A stretch of 63,847 bases of DNA, the filler included, from Octopus bimaculoides (taxonomy: Eukaryota): NCBI RefSeq assembly GCF_001194135.2. It is 5 parts of 5 records of this genome, joined end to end, with 100 filler letters (N's around TTAATTAATTAA, not from the genome) between each part and the next. Parts side by side here need not be neighbours in the genome. Positions count along the whole stretch, not along the records: positions 27,658 to 50,459 come from NC_069006.1; 4 more parts are not named here. One strand, written 5' to 3'. Positions 27,558 to 40,281 of this stretch are shown here, piece after piece; position 1 is the first letter of the stretch, and every line of letters begins with the position of its first letter. Position numbers and translations under genes: made by a program. Below the pieces are notes generated by a model. That model was not told the origin of the DNA, searched no databases, and worked only from the letters and a program-made list of their open reading frames with translations.

Positions 27558-27657
27558 NNNNNNNNNNNNNNNNNNNNNNNNNNNNNNNNNNNNNNNNNNN
27601 NTTAATTAATTAANNNNNNNNNNNNNNNNNNNNNNNNNNNNNNNNNNNNNNNNNNNN
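27558..27657. other. Assembly spacer: 44 N + TTAATTAATTAA + 44 N
   Basis: Exactly 100 bp; the 12-mer gives stops in all six frames; the same block occurs four times. Confidence 0.95.
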
Positions 27658-27660
27658 TAT

Positions 27661-27691
27661 TAATGTTTTCCTATCTTTTCTTGTTTCAGTG
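27661..27691 (+). other. 3' splice site just upstream of the TAF10 ATG; implies an unseen upstream exon
   Basis: TTTTCCTATCTTTTCTTGTTTCAG|TG-ATG; adjoins the assembly spacer at 27558-27657. Confidence 0.7.
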
Positions 27692-27838
27692 ATGGAAGAC
27701 AGCGGAGCTATGGCTGCGACAGCTGGTGGTGGCGGTGGTGCTACAGCTGGCCAGGTAATGACTGGACCTCATGAAGTAAAGACTGCAGGTGTTCCTCTCA
27801 GTGATTTTATTCTTCAGTTAGAAGACTACACAACAACA
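27692..27838 (+). CDS. TAF10: TAF10 (TFIID subunit 10) first visible coding exon
   Basis: MEDSGAMAATAGGGGGATAGQVMTGPHEVKTAGVPLSDFILQLEDYTTT matches the TAF10 motif PLxDFLxQLEDYTPT. Polypyrimidine tract plus CAG acceptor ends at 27689; donor GTCAGT at 27839 (phase 0). Confidence 0.93.
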
Positions 27839-27956
27839 GTCAGTACAAACTTTCATTTATCCTCTCTCACCCCCCCCTCTCTCTCTATCTTGCTATCAAC
27901 CTGTTTACCTGCCTATCTTATCTCTCTTTCTATCTATATATATGTATATATATGTA

Positions 27957-28080
27957 CAGGGTGTCCACAAAGTCTGGGTACACGGGGATTAACACATACT
28001 TTAAGAAATTATTTCTTATATTCAATTGCTTATGTTACGATTTTATTTGCTCCCTGTACCCAGACTTTGTGGACACCCTG
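27957..28080. mobile_element. 124-bp Tc1/mariner-type MITE in TAF10 intron 1
   Basis: Perfect 26-bp TIRs CAGGGTGTCCACAAAGTCTGGGTACA, with TA on both sides (27955-27956, 28081-28082). Confidence 0.9.
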
Positions 28081-28469
28081 TATTGTTGGGGTGGGTGACA
28101 TGTCTCTATGTGTCAAACAAGACCTTTATCGTGATGTGACAATATGTAAAAATATTTTGACAACAGAAATATTTGTTTACTATATCATCATCATTATCAT
28201 TTTACATCTGGGGTGGGGGTGATTAGATGGGTTTGATATATAATGTACATGAACTTTAGGTTAGTTAAAATATGTTTGGACATATTTTAACTTCTAAGAG
28301 CAATTTCATTGCAGTTACCCTGGAGAAGAAATTCTTACATATGGTAAAAGATGTAAGAACCACCTTCATCTGCTCCAGTGTCTCCCCCTAGCGGACTCTT
28401 AGATGTGTTTCTAGCTTATGATTCTAGGTTCAGTTCTTATTCCTTGTCTTGCAAGTTGCTTGGTGACCC

Positions 28470-28765
28470 TGCCAGTGCTGGTGTCACGTAAAAAGCATCC
28501 AGTCCACACTATAAAGTGGTTGATATTTGGAAGGGCATCCAGCTGTAAAAACCTTGCCAAAACTGACCTCACTTGTGCTAATGTCACATAAAAAGCACTC
28601 AGTCCACCCTGCGGAGTGGTTGGTGTTAGGAAGGGTATCCAGCTGTAAAAACCATGCCAAGACGGGACACAAAAGTCTGGTGCAGTCTGGCTCACTCCTG
28701 TCAAACTGTCCTATCCATGCCAGCACGGAAGGTGGACATTAAACTATGATGATGATGATGATAAT
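28470..28765 (+). mobile_element. RTE LINE 3' tail (internally duplicated) in TAF10 intron 1
   Basis: Two GGAAGGG(C/T)ATCCAGCTGTAAAAACC modules, then a (GAT)n tail. Confidence 0.7.
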
Positions 28766-29468
28766 ATTAACATCTATATGTTCAAAGGAGGCACAGACAT
28801 GGCTGTGTGGTGAAGAAGTTTGTTTCCCAACCACATGGTTTTGGGTTCAGTCCCACTCTGGAACATTGAGCAAGTGTCTTCTGCTGTAGGCATCCTCACC
28901 TTTCTTAGTGGATGGAAACTGAAAGAAGCCTGTTGTGTGTGTGTTTGTGCCTCTTTGCCATGACCTTGTGTGATAGTTGTAAGCGAGGGTCACTGTCACA
29001 CTCATTTACAATGTCATTCGTTTCCAATGTCCCGTGAAAACCTGTCTACTCATGAGGAAATATCACCTTGCTTGGAAACAAGAGAGGGCTTGCAACAGGA
29101 AGGGCCTCTGGCTGTAGAAAATATGCCTCAACCAATCCTGTCTCCTCCATGCAGACAAAGAAGAGTGGACATTAAAACAATAAGGCTGGTGATCATGATG
29201 ATATTCAAAACAGGTTCTAATTAAAACTTTATCATAAGTTTTATTCATGTTACCTTCTCATACCCCATTCTGAAGTAACCTGTGCTCTCCGAAAATGTTG
29301 CCATACCCCACCATTGGGGGGATTACCCCCATCTTGAATGTGGCCAACACTATCTGTCTGGGTCAACACTGTCTGTCCTGCCAACCCCAGACAGCAAATC
29401 GTTGGGCCCACTTTTTTTAGTATTGTATGTCTTAATTACCTAAGTTAATGATAAAAATGCTACAATTT

Positions 29469-29859
29469 CAGGAGTGGCTGTGTGGTAAGTAGCTTGCTTA
29501 CCAACCACATGGTTCCGTGTTCAGTCCCACTGTGGCACCTTGGGCAAGTGTCTTCTACTATAGCCCCGGGCTGACCAAAGCCTTGTGAGTGGATTTGGTA
29601 GAAGGAAACTGAAAGAAGCTTGTTGTGTATATATTATATATGTGTGTGTGTGTGTNNNNNNNNNNNNNNNNNNNNNNNNNNNNNNNNNNNNNAGAACCGA
29701 TGCTGCTATGTCTACGTCCCCATAACTTAGCAGTTCAGCAAAAGATACCGATAGAATAAATACCAGGCTTACAACGAATAAGTCCTGGGGTCAATTTGCT
29801 CGACTAAAGGCGGTGCCCCAGTATGACCGCAATCAAATGACTGAAACAAGTAAAAGAGT
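29469..29859 (+). mobile_element. SINE family A ending ~66 nt before TAF10 exon 2
   Basis: GGAGTGGCTGTGTGGTAAG head through GAAACAAGTAAAAGAG; contains a short gap. Confidence 0.8.
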
Positions 29860-29925
29860 AATTGTTGTAATATTACCTGAATTAATTAAATGAACTAATT
29901 TGTGAGAATTTCTTTTTTCCCACAG

Positions 29926-29990
29926 ATCCCAGACTCCGTCACAGCCTATTACCTAAATCGAGCTGGCTTTGATGCCTGTGACCCTCGAAT
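29926..29990 (+). CDS. TAF10: TAF10 coding exon 2 (65 nt)
   Basis: TCTTTTTTCCCACAG acceptor; [21 protein letters not shown]+AT matches TAF10 [22 protein letters not shown]; donor GTGAGT at 29991 (phase 2). Confidence 0.95.
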
Positions 29991-30354
29991 GTGAGTAGCC
30001 CATAAATTCTCTCTCGTCTTTTATTTATTTCTTTTCTGACCATTTTTCTACAGACTTGCACTGCTTTTGTTTCAGTTGATATTGTAAAATAATGAAGAAT
30101 TTATTCCATTTGGAACATAAATTAACATGAAGTTAACTTTTTTGTGACTATATTTTTGTAGACATAACACTGACTTTGTTTCAATTAATTTTGTGAAGTA
30201 ATGAAATATAAATATATATTATTTATATATTTTTATATTTATATTTTGCATTAATTAATGAATGACAAAGGAACAGGGATTATGTAATCACCTTCATTAT
30301 CTTACAGCTGTTTCTGCTATAAGAAGCATTACATCACAGTTGAGTGTACACACA

Positions 30355-30769
30355 TCATCATCATCATCATCATACGTCCGTTTTCCATGCTGGCATGGGT
30401 TGGACGGTTTGATTGAGGTCTGGCAAGCCAGAAGGCTGCACCAGGCTTCAATGTGATCTGATGATGTTTCTACGGCTGGATGCCCTTCCTAATACCAATC
30501 ACTCCGAGAGTGTAGTGGGTGCTGTTTATGTGCCACCGGCACAGGAGTCAGCCAGGGGTCCCTGGTATTGATCACATTTGGATGGTGCTTTTTATGAGCC
30601 ACCAGCATGGAAGCCAGTCTGGCAGATCTGGCATCAACCACGTTTAGATGGTGTGTTTTACTTGCCACCGGCGTGGAAGCCAGTGAGACAGGCCTGGCAT
30701 TGATTACATTCGGACGGTGCTTTTTATGTGCCACCAACACAGGAGCCAGTCAGGGTCACTGGCATCAAC

Positions 30770-30770
<1 letters not shown>
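30355..30770 (-). mobile_element. RTE LINE 3' UTR with internal tandem subrepeats
   Basis: (ATC)n plus the reverse-complement module and repeated GGATGGTGCTTTTTATGTGCCACC units. Confidence 0.75.
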
Positions 30771-30801
<31 letters not shown>

Positions 30802-32169
30802 TATATATGATACATTCCTCTCAGTTTCTGTCAACCAAATCTGTTCATAAAGGTTTGGCCAACCCAGGGCTATAATAGACAACTCTTGCACAAGGTGCCA
30901 TACAGTAGGACTGAACCCAAAACTACGTGGTTAGAAAGTGGACATCTTAACCACACAACGTTTGTACCTGTTACACATACAAGCACATACATTCTAGCTT
31001 AGTAAAATCAGCATGGTCATAGGTAGAATGCATTTGATCATAGACGTACTGGATCTAGTTTGACCTGGGGCTAAGCAACAACATCACCAGCAACAACAAC
31101 AACAACAACACCATCAATAACAATTACAACACTAAGTTTCTAAGACCTTGAGTTGGTCATACTTTCTAGAATAATGTCATTTATAATTAATGAGTAAACT
31201 ACATCTTTGTTTGACTTTAATTAAACTAATCAGTGGGTTTATTACTAGATATTAATTAAACAGTCTAAACTTAATGTCTTTCATTAACTCCACTTGCTAA
31301 TTACATCGTTACTCTGGGTGGAATAGCATCCATTTGGTAGGTAGTGTGTGTGTGTGTGTGTGTTTTTGAACTTTTATCAGATGCGTGGTTTATTCATGTA
31401 TATGAGGGTGGAAGGGAGAAACCTTTTTTTTTTTCATCTATGTGTGTGTATGGAGATGGTGGACAGATTGGCCCTTGTTTTAGGAGTATGTGTGGTGTGA
31501 GGTTGAGGGAAGGTGATCCTTTGTCAGATGTTTGTGTATGTAAGTTTTCTCAAATGTGTGCACCTTCTAAGTGTGTGTGTGTGTGTGCGTGCAGTCACCT
31601 TCCATCAGGTATATGTGTGACATCCCATCACGTTTGTATGTGAGACCTCCTATCAGCTGTGTGTGTGTGTGGGGGGGTGTATGTGCATGCATGCAGCGAC
31701 CTTCCATCGGGTATGTGTGTGAGACCTTCCATCAGCTGTGTGCATGTGACCTTCCACTGTGCGTGCATGTGATCTTCTATCAAATGTTGTTGGTAGATCT
31801 TTCTGTTATTTTGTACATTTTGATTCCATTGCAAAGAATACGGCTAATGGCACTGGAGTTTCAAAACTAAATTTGTTTTGTGTGTGTGTGCACTACAGAG
31901 TGAAGTTTCACCTCTTTCAGTTATCCTCTCAGATTCCACTGGGACCATTGACCTTTAACCTTTCGTTTAGTTCACCATCCTAACCTTCCAGCTATTTCAT
32001 CTTATTGACCATGTTGTTGTTGTTGTTACTGCTGCTGCTGCTGTTGAGTAGCCTCTGGTTACTTCCCCTTTAGGACTCCTCATCCACAGAGCTGACCAAT
32101 CAAATGTTTAACAAATGAGAGCCCATAACTCTTGCAACTTTCATGTGCTGAAACAGACACCTTATGTCT

Positions 32170-32525
32170 CTTCTGTTGCTTGTCTCGGTCGTTTGACTGT
32201 GGCCATGCTGGGGTACCACTTTGAAGAGTTTTGTCAAACAAACCAACCCAGCATATATGTTTAAGGCTGGTACTTGCTCTGTCAGCCTCTTTAGTTGAAC
32301 CACTTAATTACAGGGATGTAAACAAATTTAGACCCGAGTCAAGTGATGATGTGACATGCACACACACACAAAATGGATTTCCACACTTTCTCTCTACCAA
32401 ATTCACTCACAAGGCAGAAGGTCTATAGTAGAAGACACTTGCTCCAGGTGCTTCACAGTGGGACTCCACCCAAATCCACGTGGTTGCAAAGCAAACTACT
32501 TAACTACATAGCCACGCATGTGCCT
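32170..32525 (-). mobile_element. SINE family A
   Basis: Reverse complement of the family A head and tail. Confidence 0.7.
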
Positions 32526-34710
32526 GTATCTGTGATTTTGTTTTCAGTTTTCCACTATTCATTGTCCACTCTTGCCCTTTTTTAGAGTTATTAATTTTAC
32601 TATTGATCATTCATGATTCCGTACTTGAAAATTAGATAAAGGTTGGTGACTGGAAGGGCATCTCATTGTAAAACACTGCCTCAATAATATACTCATCTAA
32701 TCCATGTTAGCATGGTGAAACAGATGTAAAAATGAATGAACAAGTAATTCACAGAAAGATGGTGTGGGAGCCTGTGAACCTGTTTGAAATAAGGCAAATC
32801 TTCCAATCACACTCCATTCTATTTTCTTGGGAAGGATAAGGACACATTATATTAATGTAGTCCTAGATACATTGTCTAATCATTATTCTACAAGATCACA
32901 ACTGAGTTGAGGCTAAATGATAACAAAGAGGTGGAGGGGGGGCACGAGAGAATGTAGTCCTGGATACCCTATACTTGAATGAAAGATAGGTTGGCCGTAT
33001 GTGGAATCTCTTCTATAAAGGTTGATCTGGGACTAAAGAACAGCAGCAACAAGGGGAGACACATTTAGAATATATAGTCCTAGATACACTATGGAAAAAA
33101 GATGGGATGATCATAGCTAGAACATCTTTGATCATGGTTCTGCTGGATTAGCGCTGACCAAGGACTAGACTGTGATAAACAATGATACATTAGATTATTG
33201 TAGTCCAAGGTACATATGTCTGAATAAAAGATGGGATGGTCATGTCCAGAACACTTGTAATCATAATTCGATTGGGTCATAGCTGACCTGGGCTGAAACA
33301 ATAAGAAAGAAAGTTAACATTAGATAATATAGTCCTAGGTACACTTACATCTGCCTTGATCTAGTAAAACTATGCTCAAAGACATTCCATTCATGACGAT
33401 CCCAAGGACTACATTATTTAGTGTTTTTGTCCTCACAGGCCATGGTTGTGTGGCTAAAAAGTTTGCTTCTCAACTGCATGGCTTCAGGTTCAGTCCCACT
33501 GCATGGAACCTTGGACATCTATATAGCTGCAGACTGACCAAATCCTTGAGAGGAATTGATAGAAGGAAACTGAAAGAAGCCCAGTGTGTGTGTGTGTCCA
33601 TCTGACTTGTGCAAGTATGGAAAAGTGGATATTAAAATGATGATGATGACTGAAGACAGTTGAAGGATGATGTGGTTTGAAGGAGACTGGTTGCTGTTTC
33701 TAGCAATCTGAGCTGCCACATTGAGGTTACTTGAGTAATTATTGATTCTAGTGTACCATCTGTGTCAGAAGAGAAACAGATGGCAGCTATTTTAATGGTT
33801 GTTACTGCTAAATTATTCTACTAACCTTACCCCCTTTTTATTACCCTATTTTTCTAACAATAATAACGGTAATATATTGTGCTCCCCCACCTCCCCACAT
33901 TGTATGTCTTTCAATTTACTTTGGAAGTAATTAATAATTTCGAAGGGATTTATGAAATTCAAATGAACTTTGTTTCATTATCAGACTGTGAGATTGGAAT
34001 ATGAGTTAAGCTTTAAAAAAAAAAGGGTTCTTTATTTAACATTGTGGTGGTGGCGCTGGGAATGGTAGTAGAGATGGTTGTAGGATTAGTGGTGGTGGTG
34101 GTAATTTTAAATATGGACTGTTAAAAACTAAAAGTTTTGTATTAAGTCCTAAAAGTTGTGGTTGTCGTGGGAAAATTGTAAGATTGGGGTATTATGAAAG
34201 GTGGAGAAAGGGTACATGTATATTGTACGTACATACACATACATTTACACCCCCCACCCTTAAAAGTGGATGTTGTGTTAGAACACAGAATAAATACTAC
34301 AATAGTTACCATGACACAAAATCCATTTTTCAGTGGGGATAAATATTACCTTTTGGTATTAATACTGCTTCTGTCCCTAATAGTTACACACACACACACA
34401 CACACACACAAATGCTGTGTATCTGGTATTTCTGTTAGCATGTTGGCAGTACTAGTTTTAGTACAGACTTCATTAACTGATGACTTGGAACTATTATGAT
34501 ATAATCATCATATATTCCATTGTTGGTAATGAATGATGAAGGTGGCGGCGGAGNNNNNNNNNNNNNNNNCGGGGGGGGGAAGGAGAGATAATGTAGAGAG
34601 GAGGGGAGAGAGAAAGACACACACACACACAGAGGCACGTACGTACATAGACACTCAATGTTTTTGTTTCACTCTAATAAAAGCTTGCATTAACAACTTT
34701 AAGGTCAGTA

Positions 34711-34744
<34 letters not shown>

Positions 34745-37700
34745 TGTGTGCTTGCTGCCTGTAATTGTGTCTGAATGAGTGTGTGATTGTATGCAACCAG
34801 TCATTGCATGTGTGTAATTGTGTGTATATGACTTGTATCTGTGTGTGTATGTGTGTGTGCCAGTCTGTGATTGTGTGCAACCTGTCATTGCATGTATGTA
34901 TGTGTGTGTGTGTGTGTGGTTGCATGTGTATGCTTGTATGTGACTTTTCACTAAGTAGATTGTTGTTGCAGTGGTGGTGGTGGTTGTGTGTTGTAATTAG
35001 TGTAAGTGGGTAGTGGTGGTGGTAGAGGTAGTTGCTGTGGTGATGGTAGTAATAGTTACTGTAGTGGTAGTAATTGTGGACATTTGTATTATTGGCTGTG
35101 TGGTGGTGGTGGTGGTGTATTGGTGCAGGTGGTAGTGATGACAGTAGCAGTAGTGGTATGACAGTGTGGTGGTGATAGTGATGGTAGTGGTAGTGATAAT
35201 GTTAAGTCTGTCCAGCTCAATTCTTCTTGAACTGAAACCTTCAGGGACCTCATTGAAATTCTGAATCAACAACCCCAAATGCCAAACTCCTGGTGGATCT
35301 TTGGCATGATTGGGGTCACTACTGCCCCTTGTTTTCCCTCACGCTAGTTCCTGATTTAGCAAACCTTCACTCAAAGACCCTCCAACCATGTTGTCTATTT
35401 TCTGTCTTTCAGGTGTAGCATATACAGAATTCAATTATTAAATGCGTTCTTTCAGACAGTAATGTGTGAGTTGTGAGAGATTTGGCTGCTATTTCTAGCA
35501 GGTTGAATGTCCATATAAAGGCTCCTTCTTGGGCTGATAAAATGGCTAAATATAACAATGTTGCCAGTAGAGACTGGAACTTGATATCGTAGATCCCTGT
35601 TGTTGTTTGCCTTTGTTTTTCATCCCCCACCCCAGCACATATGAACCCTGATCCAGCTAGACCTTAATCAAAGGTCAGTTCAGTCATGACTATCCTGTTC
35701 ATTTATCATTGTTCAAACACCTACTTTTCTATCCTTGCATAGGTCAGGCAGAATTCATGGAAACAGAGTTTCTTTGGCCGGGTGTCCTTCCTGTTGCCAA
35801 CCCTTGTTTGTTTTTCAATTAAGGTGACATTCCCCTGTGGACAGGCACATTTTTCTTGAATGATTGGAAACGAATGAATGCCTTGTGTTGTGGTGATACT
35901 TGTTTCACAACCCTCCAATGTCAAGATTAGACGATAGAAACATACACACATACATATGCTCACGCACACGCACACGCACATGAACACACCAGGCTTCTTT
36001 CAGTTTCAATCTTCCAAAACCACTCACAAGATTTTGGTCAGCCCAGAGCCATAGTAGAACGACACAATGTCACACAGAGTATGATGTCATACTGTCACAT
36101 ACAGTAAGATGTCACACCTAATTGTCATTCAGCTGGTTGTCACACCTAATTGTCCTACTGTATTTGTCCAGTCATCACCTCAGTTTTGAGTTCTGATCTC
36201 TCTTTCTGTCCCTCTCTCTTGTTCTTTTTTTAATTTTTAACTATCATCTCACTATGGATAAAATGAATTTGTAGTAATGGTGGTGGTGGTGGTATTAAAT
36301 TCAGTGTTGGAGGAATTTAGTGCAGGTAGGTATGTTAGCTACAAGTGATCCAAAGGAAATGTGGTAGTTATTAAAATTAATTAAAAATAAATCTAATTAT
36401 AAGTCAATTACTGTTAGGAAAGGAAGAAGAAAAAAAATGATTAATGTTTTTAACTGAGGCTCTTGATCAAGGTAGAGAAGAGAGAAAATTGCAAGCATTC
36501 CGTGCCATGGTAAGTATGAAAGAAGGAAGTGAGTGGTTAGGTATGTAGTTAGTGGTTAGTGGCAATGGTTAGTGGATGGTTAGGTATGCGGTTTCTGGAG
36601 AGTGGAGAGGATTACTGGGTAGGTATGTTGTTTGTTGAATATAGGAGTGTAGAAATAGATGGTTGCCAGATGAAGGCAGTTGGTACACAGGTATGTGGTT
36701 TCTGAGTGAAGATAGATGGGCAAAATGTTGATCATGTTAAGAAAAACAAAACAGTAAGACACAGTAAAGGTGGTGTGTGTGTGTGGTGTTATTTAATGTG
36801 GGTATCATAATTTCTGGCATGCAAGTTGAATTTTTTAGACCAAAATTTACAACCAAAAAAGGTTGGTTGACTTCCATGAAGCAAGACAACTTTAGAAGAC
36901 CAACAGTTTCATGTGAAATGCAGCAAGATTTGGATAGATAATGATGATGTTTGAATGTTTACATGTTGACACTATTTGCCGTGTCAAATTGTGTGTTGGA
37001 AAATATGATCTAGATGTCTGTGGGAGTGTTTGCATTTGTTGGGGAAAAGGAGAATTAAAGGGAATGCAAATGGTTGTTGATGCCCTAGGGAGAGGATGTG
37101 CTCAATGTGAAAATAGATTTTTGTTCGTGGAGAGGAAGGGAGTGGTCCTGGGGAGACGGGCTTGTGAGTCACGAGTTTAAGGAACACTGGGGATTCAAGT
37201 GCTCTCTGATGCAGTCTATCAAATGTCAGCCAGTTTCACCTCTGTACAAAACATTAAAGTGTTGACATTTAAATGCTGCTAAAAAAAAAAAAAGATAATA
37301 ATGAAAAAGTAAAAATTGATAGAGAAACTTGTAAAGTGGTCAGCAACATGGCAGGTAGACTTAGGACCACACAAAGTTATGTTGTTATGATGTTGAAAGG
37401 AGGGGTATTACGAGGAGGTGGAGTGGGCCATTTCAGATTGGATGAGACCCCCAATTACTGCCCTATCCGCATATGAAACTTGAAGTGGCTCATGTATAAC
37501 TCTTGTGTTCATTTGTATATCTTTTATCCTTCATCTTTTACTTGTTCCAGACATTGCATTGTGGCCATGGTGGGGCACCGCCTGGAAGGGTTTTAGTTGA
37601 ATGAATTGGCTCCAGTACTTGTTCTATTGGACTCTTTTTACCATACAACTGAGTTACAGGGATGTGAACAAACCAACTCAGGTTGTCAGGTGGTGGTGGC

Positions 37701-38219
37701 AACAAACACATACATAGACACACATGCAGAGATATATATGTATATGTATAATGTACTGCTCCATGATTCACCAATAAAAGTACTCCGTCTGGTGAGAAAT
37801 ACATATTATTTATTTAAAGGACATAATACATGTCTTTAAGTGTTATTAATAATTTCATATATTGAGAAATATCTCAAACATATTCTTCAATCATAAACCA
37901 CATATCATAATGAACTGAAAAAAAGATATGTATTGTGTCCTTTAAATATAAAAAAATATATATTTATGTACACACAGACATCGATTGTGGTCATTAGTTC
38001 AGTAGCTTCTGACATCTAATTGGCTTCTAGAATACTATGAGAGAACATTCATATATTAATTAGTTAATTAATCAATTGATAATATTCCTCTCTTCCATAA
38101 CAACGTTGGAACAATTTTGAAAAGATGACAAGTACTTCACAATTCCAGTTCTAGAAATAACAAAAGTTACATCATGTAGCAAAAATACAAATCCATTCTT
38201 TTAACTTTATCTATATATA

Positions 38220-39268
38220 TATCATCATCATTGATTAACGTTCGTTTTCCATGCTGGCATGGGTTGGATGGTTTAACTGAGGTCTGGAGAGCTAGTGGCT
38301 GCACCAGACTCCAATCTGGTCTGGCAAAGTTTCTACAGTTGGATGCCCTTCCTAATGCCAACCACTCCGAGAGTGTAGTGGGTACTTTTTACGTGCCACC
38401 AGCACAGCGGCCAGTGAGGCAGGCCTGGCAATGATCACGTTCGGATGGTGCTTTTCACGTGCCACCGGCACAGGAGTCAGTCAGGGGATACTGGCATGGG
38501 TCACAATTGGTTGGTGCTTTTTACGTGCCACCGGCACAGGAGCCAGCCGGGCGGACCTGGCATCGACCACGTTCAGATGGTGCTCTTTACGTGCCATCAG
38601 CATGGGAGCCAGTCAGGGGGCACTGGCCCCAGCTACAATATTGGTTTCACTTGACTTAACAGGTCTTCTCAAGCATATCATATCACCCAACGCATCAGGA
38701 GTATTCTTAACAGGGCTGGACATGTGTTGCTACGATCTTACTTTAGTTGCCGGGTCTTCTCAATCACAGTGTATCTCCAAAGGATCTGGTCTCCTGTCAT
38801 TGCCTCTGTGAGACCCAATGTTCAAAGGTCATGCTTCACCACCTCATCCCATGTCTTCCTGGGTCTACCTCTTTCACAGGTTCCTTCTACAGTTAGGAAG
38901 TGGCACTTTCTCACATAGCTGTCTCCATTCATACATAACATGGCCATACCAGCACAGTTGCCTCTCTTGCACACTACATTTGATGCTTCTTATGTCCAAC
39001 TTTTCTCTCAGGGCACTTCCACTCTGTCGTGTGTGCACACTGACATTACACATCCAGCGGATCATACTAACTTCATTTCTTTCAAGCCTACGCATGTCCT
39101 CAGCATTCATGGCCCATGTTTCACTGCAATATAGCATGGCAGTTCGCACACATACATCATACAGTCTACCTTTCACCCTGAACGAGAGACCCTTAGTTAC
39201 CAGCAGAGGTAGGAGCTCCCTGAACTTTGCCCAGGCTATTCTTACTCTAGTCACTACACTCTCAGAGC
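38220..39268 (-). mobile_element. RTE-type LINE, 3' portion (ORF2 C-terminus plus 3' UTR), running into a gap
   Basis: SESVVTRVRIAWAKFRELLPLLVTKGLSFRVKGRLYDVCVRTAMLYCSETW...RLERNEVSMIRWM...WYGHVM are canonical RTE-clade post-RT motifs; (GAT)n tail at ~38220. Confidence 0.9.
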
Positions 39269-39809
39269 NNNNNNNNNNNNNNNNNNNNNNNNNNNNNNNN
39301 NNNNNNNNNNNNNNNNNNNNNNNNNNNNNNNNNNNNNNNNNNNNNNNNNNNNNNNNNNNNNNNNNNNNNNNNNNNNNNNNNNNNNNNNNNNNNNNNNNNN
39401 NNNNNNNNNNNNNNNNNNNNNNNNNNNNNNNNNNNNNNNNNNNNNNNNNNNNNNNNNNNNNNNNNNNNNNNNNNNNNNNNNNNNNNNNNNNNNNNNNNNN
39501 NNNNNNNNNNNNNNNNNNNNNNNNNNNNNNNNNNNNNNNNNNNNNNNNNNNNNNNNNNNNNNNNNNNNNNNNNNNNNNNNNNNNNNNNNNNNNNNNNNNN
39601 NNNNNNNNNNNNNNNNNNNNNNNNNNNNNNNNNNNNNNNNNNNNNNNNNNNNNNNNNNNNNNNNNNNNNNNNNNNNNNNNNNNNNNNNNNNNNNNNNNNN
39701 NNNNNNNNNNNNNNNNNNNNNNNNNNNNNNNNNNNNNNNNNNNNNNNNNNNNNNNNNNNNNNNNNNNNNNNNNNNNNNNNNNNNNNNNNNNNNNNNNNNN
39801 NNNNNNNNN

Positions 39810-40060
39810 GGACTGGCTTGTGCGGGTGGCACATAAAAGACACCATTTCGAGCGTGGCCGTTTTCGTGCGGGTGACACGTAAAAGCACCCACTACACTCT
39901 CTGAGTGGTTGGCGTTAGGAAGGGCATCCAGCTGTAGAAACTCTGCCAAATCAGACTGGAGCCTGGTGTTGCCATCCGGTTTCACCAGTCCTCAGTCAAA
40001 TCGTCCAACCCATGCTAGCATGGAAAGCGGACGTTAAACGATGATGATGATGATGATGAT
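39810..40060 (+). mobile_element. RTE LINE 3' tail, young subfamily
   Basis: 39828-40039 appears identical to positions 1-212. Confidence 0.85.
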
Positions 40061-40281
40061 ATATATATATATATAGGTATGTATGTGATTGTCTCCCCAC
40101 TCTCTCTTGACAACTGATGTTGGTGTGTTTACGTCCCTGTAACTTAGCGGTTCGGCAAAAGTAACAGATAGAATAAGTACTAGGTTTCCAAAGAATAAGT
40201 CCTAAGGTCAATTTGTTCAACTTAAGGCGGTGCTCCAGCATGGCCGCAGTCAAATGACTGAAACAAATAAAAGAATATATA

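Noticed and set aside
27602-27613. TTAATTAATTAA recurring at 27602, 50504, 59987 and 62708
   Set aside because: Always centred in exactly 44 N + 44 N; an artificial six-frame-stop scaffold spacer, not biology.
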